Assembly: GCF_036971445.1 (NCBI RefSeq)
Contig: NC_091475.1
Coordinates: forward strand, 10,540,001-10,604,000
Source of the DNA: Narcine bancroftii
Lineage: Eukaryota
Direction: 5' to 3'
DNA: 64,000 nt
Shown here: positions 1 through 54,486 of the stretch, one piece after another
How the letters are laid out: each line of letters opens with the position of its first letter
Numbering within the stretch: the first letter of the stretch is position 1
Position numbers and translations under genes: made by a program
Notes under the pieces: model-generated
Told to the model about the DNA's origin: nothing
What the model saw: the letters and a program-made list of their open reading frames with translations, nothing else
Databases searched by the model: none

Positions 1-379
1 GCCCAGGAAGAAGGAGGATAGATGCTGATGAATGGAGGTGGAGAAGCAGAGCCAAGGAGTCTGATGGATGAAAGGGGGGAGCGAAGAGCTGGGCACAGTG
101 TGCCAGAGGTTTCCCAGAGCAGTTCCAGCTGCCTGGAGGATTATGGGTAACGACGATGGCCATTGCTCGGCGCGCATGTTCGACCTCACGGTGACAGGCT
201 GCGCTACTGCACTACTCACCCCACCTCCCTCAGCTCTGGAGGACGGCTCCTGACACCGCTCTTTATGTAAGCAACACTGGGAGCAGTTTTGTAGGCCTTC
301 TCCACAAAAGGGTAAGTCCAGCTTTTCTTCCCCCAATGGAACCAGCCTCAATGCAGTGTTGGTTTATAAAAACACCTGT

Positions 380-2100
380 AGATGTACTCAATAGTGGGGA
401 GGGTTTTGTGCTCAGGATATTGGTGTCCTCATACCAGACCATAATGCAGCCGGTCAGCACACTTTCCACCACACCGCTGTAGAAATTTGCCAGGGTTTTC
501 AATGTCAAATAAAACCTCTGCAGATTCTTGAGGAAGTAGAGGCACTGATGTGCTTTCTTCATGATGCCATTAGTGTGTTGGGTCCACGAGAAATCCTCTG
601 AAATAGTGGCTCATAAGAAGTTAAAATTTGCTCTCCCTCTCCACCTCTGATTCCTCCAGTGACCATTGGATTGTACACATCTGGTTTTCCCTTTGTGAAG
701 TCAGCAATCAGCTCCTTGGTTTTGGTGAGACTGTTGGTGCATCATTTGGCTAAGTTTCAATCTCGTTCCTGTATGCAGACTCATCACCCTTTTTTATACA
801 ACCCATTACTGTGGTATTGACGGTGTTGTCGTATTGAGCGACACAGTTATAGGTGTAAAGCGAGTAGAGCAGTGGATGAAGAACACAGGCCTGTGGTGCT
901 CCGGTACTGATGGAAATTTTGGAGGAGATGTTCTTGCCAATCCACACTGATTGTGGTTTGGAGGTGAGGAAATTAAGGATCCAATTACACAGTTTGGTGC
1001 GGAGTCCCAGGTCTTGAAATTTGCTGATCAATTTTGAGGGAACGATGGTGTTAAATGCCAAACTGTAGTTGATAAAGAGCATCCTGATGTGTGCATCTTT
1101 GCTGCCAGATATTCCAAGGGTTTGTGTAGAGGCAATGAGATAGAATCAGCTGTAGACCTGTTGCTGCAATAGATGAATTGGAATGAATGCATGTCACCGC
1201 TGATGTGCTTCAACACCAGCCTTTCAAAGGACTTGATCACTGTCAATGTGAGTGCCACTGGTGGATATTCATTTCTGCAGGTTACCACACTCTTCTTGGC
1301 ACTGGTATGATTGATGTTTGTTTGAAAAATTTGGGTATCACGCCCTGTTGGAGTGAAATGTTGAAGATATCCATGAATAGGTTGGTAAGTTGGTCAGCAC
1401 AGATATTTAATACTCAGCCAAGGACACTATTTGGACCAATGATTGCCTTGGACTCACTCTTCTGAAGGTAGCCCACACATCATCCTCAGATACAGACAGT
1501 TGAGGATCATCAGTGGATGTGGGGTTGTGCAGTGGCGGTTCTTTCTTGTTCTTGTGGTCAAATCAGGCGCAGAGGCATTAGGTTGGTCTGGGAGTGAAGT
1601 TTTGCTGTCTCCTCCTGCACCAGATTTTGTTTTGTTGCAGGTTATTTTATTTAGGCCCTGACACAGCTGTCACATATCCTTTGTGGTTTCCTTTTTCATC
1701 CGGAAACCCTACGGCCCAGGAGGTGACTTTCTGTAGGTCATACCTGCTGCTTCTGTAGTGATCTGGATCTCCAGACTTGCATGCTTGTAATCTGGCTCTC
1801 AGCAGGTTCCGGATTTCATTGTTCAACCAGGGCCTCTGGTTAGGGAAAACCCTGAAAGATTTGCTGGGAATGTACTTGTCCACAGCTGTTTTGATAAAGT
1901 CTGTGACAGCCCTGGTGTAATAATTTAGATCCTCAGCTGAGTCTTTGAACACTGCCCAATCCATTGACTCGAGGAAGTCCTACAACTGTACTTCAGCCTC
2001 CTGTGATCACCTTCTAGCTGTTCTGATCTCAGGTACCTCTCTTATTATGCTTTGTCTGTATGAAGGCAGAAGGAGCACAGCCAGGTGATCCGACTTGCCA
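380..2100 (-). mobile_element. Degraded Rex1/Babar-type non-LTR retrotransposon (RT region)
   Basis: Minus-strand fragments [74 protein letters not shown]; many stops and frameshifts; boundaries approximate. Confidence 0.85.
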
Positions 2101-2329
2101 AAATCTAACTTATCAAAAAGCAGTCACTAAATATATTTATGGTAAAACGTTTAAAGTTTGCATTGTCCTTTCCTTAAATCTAGCTCGCAGAAAACTGATG
2201 CTGGAATTTATTGTCTTTTCTCTATTTGTTCGAACTATCGTTTGTCTCCATCAGCTGAATAAAGATGATGCATAATCTTCCCTGGTGAATCAGATTCTGA
2301 CCAATTCTGTTGATTCTTACTTGCATTAC

Positions 2330-2470
2330 TGAGATGAGTTTTGCTTCTAGATTTGTTCAATAATTTAAATTTAAATTTCCCTCATGCCAGGGTGGGATTC
2401 AAACATCTATTTCTGGATTAGTCATTGGAGACTCCTGGGCTGCTAGTTTAATAACCTGAACAGTACATCT
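2330..2470 (-). mobile_element. Ancient SINE fragment (DeuSINE/SacSINE-like head)
   Basis: Reverse complement resembles 11760-11900 and 55120-55210 (gagttcaaatccca...gaaatttaaatt). Confidence 0.4.
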
Positions 2471-2817
2471 TTATAACTGATTTTGTAAGTATTCATGACA
2501 TTTTGACTTGTGGTTTTCAATGGTTATCGTTTTAGAGGAGGACACAATACAGAAAGATGCTCATTATGGGGTCATTTCTTTCACTGACTGTGCGTAATGT
2601 TGACTGTGTCAGGGAGGGGAGATTGCAACTCGATCAACACAAGATTGCTGTAAGAAAGGTCACATCAATATGGGTGGCAGATTTACTGCAGGAAGCATAT
2701 CACTGCATGACTAGAGATCATCTTGTCGTCTCTTGTGCACTCAATTGGCAGATTGTTCCTGGTGGAGACCTTTCCTTTCAATAGTAGTTGGTTGTCAAAA
2801 AGCCTGGACTTTGAGTA

Positions 2818-4948
2818 CAGGTACACGATCCTTTATCCGGAACCCTTGGGTGTTCCGAATTTCGGATTTTTCCAGATTTCGGAAAGCCAGATTTAATCCC
2901 ACCCGAATTGTACTGCGTATCCACCCCCACCCCCTTCCAGTCGCCCTGCTGTCTCCCCCCACTGCCTCCCCGACTCGCGCTGCCGGTCTCCCTCCCGACT
3001 CGCGCTCCCTCCCGACTCGCGCTGCCGGTCTCCCTCCCGACTCGCGCTGCCGGTCTCCCTCCCGACTCGCGCTGCCGGTCTCCCTCCCGACTCGCGCTGC
3101 CGGTCTCCCTCCCGACTCGCGCTGCCGGTCTCCCTCCCGACTCGCGCTGCCGGTCTCCCTCCCGACTCGCGCTGCCGGTCTCCCTCCCGACTCGCGCTGC
3201 CGGTCTCCCTCCCGACTCGCGCTGCCGGTCTCCCTCCCGACTCGCGCTGCCGGTCTCCCTCCCGACTCGCGCTGCCGGTCTCCCTCCCGACTCGCGCTGC
3301 CGGTCTCCCTCCCGACTCGCGCTGCCGGTCTCCCTCCCGACTCGCGCTGCCGGTCTCCCTCCCGACTCGCGCTGCCGGTCTCCCTCCCGACTCGCGCTGC
3401 CGGTCTCCCTCCCGACTCGCGCTGCCGGTCTCCCTCCCGACTCGCGCTGCCCGTCTCCCTCCCGACTCGCGCTGCCCGTCTCCCTCCCGACTCGCGCTGC
3501 CCGTCTCCCTCCCGACTCGCGCTGCCCGTCTCCCTCCCGACTCGCGCTGCCCGTCTCCCTCCCGACTCGCGCTGCCCGTCTCCCTCCCGACTCGCGCTGC
3601 CCGTCTCCCTCCCGACTCGCGCTGCCCGTCTCCCTCCCGACTCGCGCTGCCCGTCTCCCTCCCGACTCGCGCTGCCCGTCTCCCTCCCGACTCGCGCTGC
3701 CCGTCTCCCTCCCGACTCGCGCTGCCCGTCTCCCTCCCGACTCGCGCTGCCCGTCTCCCTCCCGACTCGCGCTGCCCGTCTCCCTCCCGACTCGCGCTGC
3801 CCGTCTCCCTCCCGACTCGCGCTGCCCGTCTCCCTCCCGACTCGCGCTGCCCGTCTCCCTCCCGACTCGCGCTGCCCGTCTCCCTCCCGACTCGCGCTGC
3901 CCGTCTCCCTCCCGACTCGCGCTGCCCGTCTCCCTCCCGACTCGCGCTGCCCGTCTCCCTCCCGACTCGCGCTGCCCGTCTCCCTCCCGACTCGCGCTGC
4001 CCGTCTCCCTCCCGACTCGCGCTGCCCGTCTCCCTCCCGACTCGCGCTGCCCGTCTCCCTCCCGACTCGCGCTGCCCGTCTCCCTCCCGACTCGCGCTGC
4101 CCGTCTCCCTCCCGACTCGCGCTGCCCGTCTCCCTCCCGACTCGCGCTGCCCGTCTCCCTCCCGACTCGCGCTGCCCGTCTCCCTCCCGACTCGCGCTGC
4201 CCGTCTCCCTCCCGACTCGCGCTGCCCGTCTCCCTCCCGACTCGCGCTGCCCGTCTCCCTCCCGACTCGCGCTGCCCGTCTCCCTCCCGACTCGCGCTGC
4301 CCGTCTCCCTCCCGACTCGCGCTGCCCGTCTCCCTCCCGACTCGCGCTGCCCGTCTCCCTCCCGACTCGCGCTGCCCGTCTCCCTCCCGACTCGCGCTGC
4401 CCGTCTCCCTCCCGACTCGCGCTGCCCGTCTCCCTCCCGACTCGCGCTGCCCGTCTCCCTCCCGACTCGCGCTGCCCGTCTCCCTCCCGACTCGCGCTGC
4501 CCGTCTCCCTCCCGACTCGCGCTGCCCGTCTCCCTCCCGACTCGCGCTGCCCGTCTCCCTCCCGACTCGCGCTGCCCGTCTCCCTCCCGACTCGCGCTGC
4601 CCGTCTCCCTCCCGACTCGCGCTGCCCGTCTCCCTCCCGACTCGCGCTGCCCGTCTCCCTCCCGACTCGCGCTGCCCGTCTCCCTCCCGACTCGCGCTGC
4701 CCGTCTCCCTCCCGACTCGCGCTGCCCGTCTCCCTCCCGACTCGCGCTGCCCGTCTCCCTCCCGACTCGCGCTGCCCGTCTCCCTCCCGACTCGCGCTGC
4801 CCGTCTCCCTCCCGACTCGCGCTGCCCGTCTCCCTCCCGACTCGCGCTGCCCGTCTCCCTCCCGACTCGCGCTGCCCGTCTCCCTCCCGACTCGCCGGAT
4901 TTTGAGCTTTCTGGATTTTAGATGTCCAGATAAAGAATCATGTACCTG
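2818..4948. mobile_element. Non-autonomous Tc1/mariner (Tigger/pogo-like) MITE containing a minisatellite
   Basis: TIRs CAGGTACACGATCCTTTATCCGGA (2818) and revcomp CAGGTACATGATTCTTTATCTGGA (ends 4948), 21/24 identical; TA on both flanks. Confidence 0.85.
2965..4895. repeat. 25-bp CpG-rich minisatellite, about 77 copies
   Basis: Unit TCCCTCCCGACTCGCGCTGCC(G/C)GTC; G variant to about 3430, C variant thereafter. Confidence 0.98.
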
Positions 4949-5689
4949 TATTAAATGTCCAGTGGTGGACTGCAGTGACATGGCCCATGTGGTTGTTGTG
5001 GAATATGTCTGTCTACTTCAGTGAGAATGTTCAGTGTTGTTTCTTGAACAGTGCAATGTGTTCATGTGAATTACTTTCCAGTGAGAGCAGAATTCATTGG
5101 GTGGGGGGCTGGGCGTGGGGAAGACAGACACTGCTTTTCCAACAATATTCTTTCTGGTGGGAGCTACCTTCATGAAGACCAAGGCAAAGTTTATTGCCAA
5201 GTCTTGGGACATTTAGAATGTGATGCCATCACTTGCTGTATTGGCATTGTGCCCATTTGCTAAAACCAAGATGCTCTGCATTGTTAACCAGAACGCCATC
5301 ACCATTCATATTTTAGCCAGCATTAACTTGGCTTCTGAGGGCTTTGTACCTATAGAACCATGGGTAGCAGTATGGATTCTTAGGATATAGATTTTGGAGA
5401 TTACACTTCTCTTCTGGGTTCATCTGATAAGTCATGGCTGCCTTCAGACACTGTTCTCTAGCTCCCACTTGAGAAAGACACCAGCAGATCCACCACCAAA
5501 GCATTCATGGTAATGGTAGTAACAAGATATAATTGTTCTGTGGTCACCAGCAGTTGAAATTTCAGTTTCTTTTCCATGTTTGTGGTCCCTTTAAACTTTC
5601 ATAATGTCAAACAACTAACTTTGTTCTGCTCCAAAAAGGTAAAGCTGATCGATTACCACATCAATTAACAAGAATGCTATGCAGTAGAT

Positions 5690-6745
5690 TTCAGATTTAT
5701 TGTCAGAGTACGTACATGACATCACATACAACCCTGAGATTCATTTTTCCTGTGGATGTGCAGAAATACCACTAATTGGTAGTGGAAAAAAAAGCTGTGC
5801 ACAGTGTAATCATGTAAATAAAGAAATATAAACAGGTAACAAATGTAAACTGTCCGTACAATATGGAGAGAACAAAAGAAAATCAATAAACTGCACAAGT
5901 AAGAGTCCTTAAATGAGTCTCTGAGTTCGTCATTAAGGAGTCTGATGTTGGAGGGGTAACAGCTTTTCCTGAACCTGGTGGTGCGAGTCTTACGGCTTTC
6001 CTGGTGATAGTAGTGAGGACAGTGTGTGTGTGCTGTGTGGTGTGGATCCTTGATGATTGCTGCTGCTCTCTGATGGCATTGTTTCCCCCCCCTCCCCCCC
6101 TCATAGATATACTTAGTAGTGGGATGTTCTGGGCTGTGTTCACTACCTTTCCACTCTGGGGGTATTGGTGTTCCCCATACCAGACCATGATGCAGCCAAT
6201 CAGCACACTTTCTACCACACATCTGTAGAAATTTGTCATTGTTTCTGGTGTCATACCAAACCTCTGCGAACTTCTGAGGAGGTAGAGGTGCTGACGTGCT
6301 TTCTTTTTTAATTTTTTTAAATTTTTCTCACTATGAACCATATAGACCAAAATACATATAAACGTTTCCTTGTGTTGGGTCCAGGAAAGATCCTCTGAGT
6401 TGGTAGTTTCCAAGAACTTGAAATTGCTTTACCTCTCCACCTCTATAATCAGTGGATTGTAAACCTCTGGCTCTCCTTTCCTGAGGTCAACAATCAGCTC
6501 CTTAGTTTTGGTGACATTGAGTGCAAATTTGTGATTGGTGCACCATTCAGTCAAGTTTTCAATTTCCATCCTGTACGCTGACTCATCCCCTTCCTTTATA
6601 CATCCCACTACCATGATATTGTTGGCAAATTTGCAGATGATGTTATTGTCATCCCAGGTCACACACACATCATAGGTGTAAAGTCAGTACAGCAGGGGAC
6701 TAAGAACACAGTCCTGTGATGCTCCAGTACCGATGGAGATGACGC
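5690..6745 (-). mobile_element. Rex1/Babar-type LINE 3' fragment
   Basis: ICKFANNIMVVGCI..LNVTKTKELIVDLRK, KKARQHLYLLR..FYRCVVESVL, RTTRFRKS; 3' UTR tail at about 5690. Confidence 0.85.
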
Positions 6746-7344
6746 AATTTTAAAAAGCCATTTTCTCTGTCTCAAATCTTATCGATGCATGTAATAATCT
6801 CACCTGTGAGGTTTAAACGAGAATTTCACACTATACTACCTCTTCTTGCTGGTGTGTCAGAATTGTCTGAGAAATATGACTATCAGAAGCAGGAAATTGT
6901 TCTGGAAAACTTTCAAGATACAATTGAGGGGATCTTCTAGTTGTGAGAGTTAAGGTGGTCTGTGTAGTCATCTCAACAGTTGTCTTGTGATTGGTAATTT
7001 GTTTTATTCCTGTGCCATATATAGGATGTCAGGCTGAGCCTATTATGTTAGTGAGAACCTCTTAATCCCAGTGATTGAAAAGCACGAGTAGATCATGAGG
7101 GCAGTCTGCATGCTCGTGCAATATATTACATATTTGAGTCTTCTATTATTCTTTTCCTTTTTTAAAGTCTGCCTACAGTGCTTCTCAAGTCCAAGGCTGG
7201 GGCTATTTTTCCAAAGCTGTAATGTAAATTTGAGGTATATTTTTGAAGTTTGTTTGAAACAGTTTACTTTTAAAGTTTCAAGTGATCTTAAATGCATCAT
7301 GTCATTTTTTTTTGAAAGCATGGATTTTGCACTAGATCTCATGA

Positions 7345-7602
7345 ACTACTTTAAAAGGTCAAGCTTGAGAGCTAACATTGGCAGAATGGAATGATCTTCC
7401 AAAAGAGATAGTTGCAGCAGGGTCCCTTCTGTCATTTAAGAGAAGGTTGGTTGTGTACATGGATGTGAGGGGTTGGAGGGTTATGGGTGGAGAGCAGGAG
7501 GGGGAAGCTAGTGGAGTTGTTCAAGTGAACCGGCGTGGACTTGAAGGGCCGACATGGCCTGTTTCCACGCCGTAAACAGTTATATGGCTAGTTATATGGT
7601 TA
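7345..7602 (+). mobile_element. CR1-like LINE 3' end with (ttatatgg) tail
   Basis: WNDLPKEIVAAGSLLSFKRRL; the same tail occurs reversed at about 36147-36240. Confidence 0.7.
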
Positions 7603-7879
7603 ATGAGGTCCATTTTTATTTAACATATCTCTTGCTGATCCATCAAGACCCAATGTTTTGATTTCAGGGGCTGCTATATTGAATTAACAGATTTTATCAA
7701 ATTACTTATTTTAAAAAGTGGGCTGATACTAAAACTTAATGTGTTAACCATTTGGGTATTGATTAATGAAATTGGTTATAATAAAATTTAAATGGCCCAA
7801 TTTTTTGCAGAAAATGTGATTTTAAAAAAAAATCTCTGGTTACAGCATTCTATATTGCACTGGTAAATAACACTGCAAA

Positions 7880-7985
7880 CTTTTGAAGGGCTGAAACCCA
7901 AAATGTTGGTTATATATTTTTATCTTTGCTACATAAAGTACACTATTTGACCTGCTGAGTTTCTCCAGCATTGTGTTTGTATTTT
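7880..7985 (+). mobile_element. Penelope-like terminal repeat fragment (second copy about 8380-8475)
   Basis: gaagggctgaaacccaaaatgttgg...gacctgctgagtttctccagcattgtgttt; reverse complement of the 13045-13145 element end. Confidence 0.6.
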
Positions 7986-8067
7986 ACCCCCTTAACACAG
8001 CAAACTTCTCGAAGTTGTGCTGTAGATCACTGACTGGGAATATCCTGTGCTGTTTCTGTGAGTTTGA

Positions 8068-49863
<41,796 letters not shown>

Positions 49864-50329
49864 ATCCAAGCAACAGGTTCATTGGGATTTGTTACAAAAA
49901 TGTTCTACAAACTACCAAATGTAAGACCACATTTGGTTTGCTTTACGTATCTCTTGTGGCGCATTCCACACTGGCAGAGAAATCCAGCAACAGCCCCATT
50001 GTGCTCATTTTGATATTGTAATTTGAAAAGGGTTATCATTAATAGAATGACTTGCTGTTTTAACACCAAGAACTTTCACCGACTACAACAGAAAACTACA
50101 GAAAGGAAGGAAAAAAAAACAATTTGTAAATTTTTGTGGTAATACTTTACAAGTATGTGTTTTAACTTGTAATTTTGTGAGAGATTTAAAAGTTCAGGGA
50201 AGGGGGAAGTTTACTTCCCCAGACTTGCATAGAAAATTGCACTAGGTTGCAGACCAGATATTAATTACAACAGGTACCTTTTCTTTGATAGTCCCAGTGC
50301 AGAAGGTTAAACTAAACTAACTTGCAAGA

Positions 50330-50335
50330 AATAAA
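50330..50335 (+). promoter_or_regulatory. Candidate proximal GART poly(A) signal
   Basis: AATAAA about 470 nt after the stop codon. Confidence 0.4.
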
Positions 50336-50579
50336 GGAAAAGCCAGGCTTTTGAAGCCAAAATATCTCACTAACTTTGAGCTGTTATGTAAACTGTCTGG
50401 TCACTACACATAATAGGGGCTGTTTGTTCAAGGTGTGTAGCACAAAATTCAGCAGTGTGTCCTGAATCAATTACAACGTCATTCTGGAAAAAACAAATGA
50501 ACAACTATGATCAGTTGCTCATAAAGCTTTTATCCTCAGTAAACTGGATATCCTAAACCTGGGCCTTCAACTACTAGAG

Positions 50580-50752
50580 TAAAAACACTGAAATGCTGGT
50601 GGAACTCAGCAGGTATTGCAGCACCAATAGGAGGTAAAGATGTATTACCCATGTTTTAGGGTCTGAGCCCTTCTTCGGGACTGGAAATATCAGTAATACA
50701 TCTTTACCTCCTATGGATGCTACAAGACACCCTCCAGCATTTGTGTTTTTTT
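50580..50752. repeat. Inverted repeat (fold-back of Penelope-like termini) downstream of the GART stop
   Basis: ATAGGAGGTAAAGATGTATTAC (50627-50648) is the exact revcomp of 50693-50714; outer arms aaaaacac(tg)aaatgctgg / ccagcatttgtgttttt. Confidence 0.9.
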
Positions 50753-51192
50753 TAAAATAATCACAGGGTCTGCAGACTTGTGTTTCACACCTTGAACTAC
50801 TGTGCAAGTCTGAAACAACTCCACATTAAAACTCCTATAATCTGGAATGCACTTGCTTGCAAAGATAGTTAGCATCTGGCTCGCTGAATGTTATTTCCTG
50901 TCCTCTCAAACTTGGGCTCTGTTTCCAGATTTCCCTTTGGATGTATCAGGGCTGCAGTTCGATATTCCAATTGCACTTACCAAGGGCCCCTGTTCCCACT
51001 TCCCATTTTAAACTGGAAAATTCTTATACTATTGTATAAAATCAAATCACAAAGTAAACTTTGAAAGTATGTTTGGGGTATCCAGTAATCCAGAAAATCT
51101 GCCAGTTTGCCCTACCAAGATTGTGAAGATGCTGGATTATTAAAGAGTTTTAACATATTCTCTGTTGGCAAATAACATTACTGCTTGTTTGA

Positions 51193-51198
51193 AATAAA
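51193..51198 (+). promoter_or_regulatory. Candidate distal GART poly(A) signal
   Basis: AATAAA followed by T-rich sequence, just upstream of the hAT relic. Confidence 0.4.
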
Positions 51199-51542
51199 CA
51201 ATTTACATATTTCAAATGCCTAACTTGAATTTCATTTGCATAGCTTTCTTTCCCACCCCCTGCCTTCCCAAAAGGAAAGTATGGTTCAGATTAAAATTCT
51301 CTTAACCTGGAGCAGAATTATATTGTGTCTATTTCTGGGCATCTCTTGACACCCATCAGGAACCCTTCCAGTGGGAGTTTTGCTTTTTTTCCTGTTGCCT
51401 CCCAAATCACAAGTACAAAGCCCAAACTTGATCTGCAGTGTGATCATCAACCTCACTGGTCTGAAAAACCACGGCCCTTGTTTCCTCTCAGAAGCAACAG
51501 GCTTTTGTAATCATGTATTCCCTGTAACCTTGTAATTTAGAG

Positions 51543-53900
51543 CAGCCCTTCTCAATGGTGGCCACTGTACATTTAAGGAGGGGCCATGGATTGAAATTCT
51601 TAATGAGGAGGGCCCAAGGTATATTGGGGGGCATGGAAACTGAAAGGATTAAACATTTTTTGGGGAATAAAACAAAGCATAATTTTTTTCCCCGCAAGGT
51701 TGGAGGCATTTGGAGACAGCCCTGAATGACCTAGATAATGTGGAGAACCAACAACGTTTTCAGAGTGTTCTTTGACATAATTGTTTGACTGACATGGAAC
51801 CAGATTTGGATAGGAATTGCCTTCCACGTAATTTTCCCCTTTTATTCTATTGCCTTCAATTCCAGGAAATGGAAAAGTATTGCTCCATATTTCTCGCATC
51901 CGCAAGATGTCTAGCTGACATCTTACTTCAAGTTTTTGTGACAGGTCGTGAATATATGTTTCCTTCTGCTAGATTTTATTGAAGAAGGTACGTTGTTTAT
52001 TATTTTCCATAAAATAGAAGCTTACTTTTGAGCTGGCCTTTGTAAGAAGTGCTTTTGTCTTGTGCTAGTTGATTTTTGTTTGTTTCAGAAATAATTTTAC
52101 CCATGAGTTCCTCAGCAAAAAAGTGTCAGTAGTATTCAGTGGAATACTTAGTGTATGGTTTCATTAAATCTCCACAAGACCCTTCTATGCAAATGTGTTT
52201 GTTTTTTTTATATATACTTTTTCAAACTAACACTTGGGGCCAAGCAAGACGAAACAGCATTTGGAAACCATATTGACAGAGAAGAAAGAAACTCTTGGAT
52301 TACTTCAAAGCCCATTGCTCAAACAGGTGATTAGTGAAAAGTCACAGAAATTAGAAAAGGGTCTTCTTGCATCATGTAAGATGAGTGAATTGATTGCTAA
52401 AAGTGGAAATGCTCATAATATTGCTGAGGTCACTTATTTTGCCTTCAGTGTCCATAATATCTGGCGTCATGAATTTAAATGGTTAAAAAAAACCTATTCA
52501 GGTAATTCCTTTGAGTGATTCCACTGTTTCTAGAAGAATTAATGAGATAGCAAGGGACTAAAAATAATTACCATTTAATTACAATCCAAGAAATTCTCAA
52601 TACAATTAAACAATCCATCCTGCAAGATGACAGTACTCTTCTTGTAGCTTCTGCCAGATTCTGGAATGGAAACAAGCTGATAGAAGAGTTGTTGTTTCCT
52701 AGAAGGATTAAAATGGATACTCAGGGACTGACTGTTTTCAAATAAGAATTACGTAAATGAGAACATATTCCTTTGAGAACATAGTTGCCAGCGTAACTCA
52801 TGATGCCACTTCAATGGTGGACAATATAGAGGGTTCATCACACACCTGAAAAATGATATACCTTCAGTCTTTACTGTACATTGCATCATTAGTGGCTAAA
52901 AACTTAGGACATTCAAATGCTTCTCTTTGAATTGTCATAAAGACTGTAAACTTTATAAAATCACACCCCCTTCAAGACTGTTTATTCGGGCAGCTGCCTG
53001 AAGAAAATGACTAACATTTCCAGATGCTGCGGCTGCCCACTGAGGTGAGGCGGCTGTCTAAAGAAAATTGCCATTTTGTTGCACTCTGAAAGTTTCCTTT
53101 CATTTTCACAAAGAAAAACTCGTTGATGCAAAGATGAACGTGTTTTATCTTTGACAAACTCGCTTTATTGAACAAGACCTTACAGGGTAATTAAAATTAC
53201 CTCATTGATAGTAAGGAAGCCATTGTGTCTTTTACTTAAAAAGCTCGGTCTATTGGAGCAATATCAGCCGTCAGGAACTTTGACAATTTCCAAATTGAAC
53301 ACAAATGTAGAGGCATTGAAAATTACCGTTTATGTGAAACACTTAAAGTGAAGAGACACTGATCTGCAGAAAAGATTTAATGACCTGATGAATCTGAATA
53401 TCCTGCATTTGAGGAACAATCCACTAATGTTGACGTAGAAATTCAAGAGGTCGATGGATCTTCAGACTGGTAAGTTCAATCAATTTAAAAAAAAAAAGAC
53501 TTTTGGGTTAAGAGTGATCTGCCAAATGAATTTCTGAAACTACTATTTTTCGTTGCCTTTCACTCAATACACTGAGTTAAATGTTGATTCAGCAAGGTGG
53601 TTTCATTGACAAAATCCAGGAACAAGCTTGATATTACAAGAGGGGGTCTTCGACTATTACTACCTAATTTGGAACCTGGCATCAAAAAAAATTGCACTGG
53701 AACATCAAGCTCATTTTGTAAGAATTATTCTTTTAAAGTTATTTTTATTTATTAAGTTCTTGCATTCTTAAGTTTAGTCTTAAGGTTTCCCAGTGACGCA
53801 TTGTGTGCAATAATCATTGCTCTAAGAATCTTTAAAAAAATTTTTTTTGTGATGTGAGTTTTGTGATGTACTTTCGTACATGTTCATCAAGAATGAGTTC
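51543..53900 (+). mobile_element. Degraded hAT (Charlie/Buster-like) DNA transposon
   Basis: Left end CAGCCCTTCTCAA; relic transposase MSSSAKKC.QYSVEYL.YGF (about 52102), VHCII..AK, LPTEVR.LSK (about 53035), GLRLLL.NLEPGI..HQAH (about 53645-53715); many stops; right TIR not found. Confidence 0.8.
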
Positions 53901-54486
53901 CTGTTTTCTCTGAAATCAAAAGCTACAGTTGAGTAAAAACCTTTTATCTCATCTCGTGTATCATAAATACTTTTTTGTTTTCACGTAGTCGGTCGGACAG
54001 AAGTACGGGAAAAAAAAACTAACTAAACCTGACTGCTCCATAAACTTGAGCAGAGTCTTAAGGTGGCCAAAGCCACAAAAAAAAAGGCTGAGCATGGTTT
54101 ATTTAGAGGAGACAACACACAAAATACAGTCCTCACTGAGTTTGTTCTCTGTAGCATTTGAATAGGCTCGCCCATGGGGCTGAACTGCTTTACCTGTGGA
54201 GGCTGGATCACAAATGGCTTGCTTGCTTCAGCATCAGTTGAGGCTACTCCTGCTAATGTTTTACACTTGCAGTTTGAAGCTCACTGGTGAATTCGGGCAC
54301 AGATAATGTGCCTCTTGCAGTTTTGTGTTCTACACTAATATATCAAGCTCACTTGTAGCCACTTCCTATCATTAAACAGTACCCTCCATTCAGTAATGAT
54401 TCTCATTAGCTAGAATACTGCTACTTGTATTGGGGCAATTCCTCTTAACAGTTGATTCCCAAGGCTAAATGCCAACAACTATGAGT

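Noticed and set aside
1-260. Possible GART non-coding exon 1/promoter or LTR-element fragment
   Set aside because: Mildly CpG-rich, but no convincing donor, promoter motif or protein motif; truncated by the window edge.
2965-4895. Possible CRISPR-like array
   Set aside because: Units are contiguous with no unique spacers, there are no cas genes, and the context is eukaryotic.
2733-5024. Three long ORFs (763, 728 and 665 aa) on both strands
   Set aside because: By-product of a stop-free 25-bp tandem repeat; every frame gives the same 25-aa repeat, and the array lies inside a MITE.
52100-53720. ZBED5/ZBED8/SCAND3-like gene
   Set aside because: No long ORF; numerous stops and frameshifts; hAT fossil.
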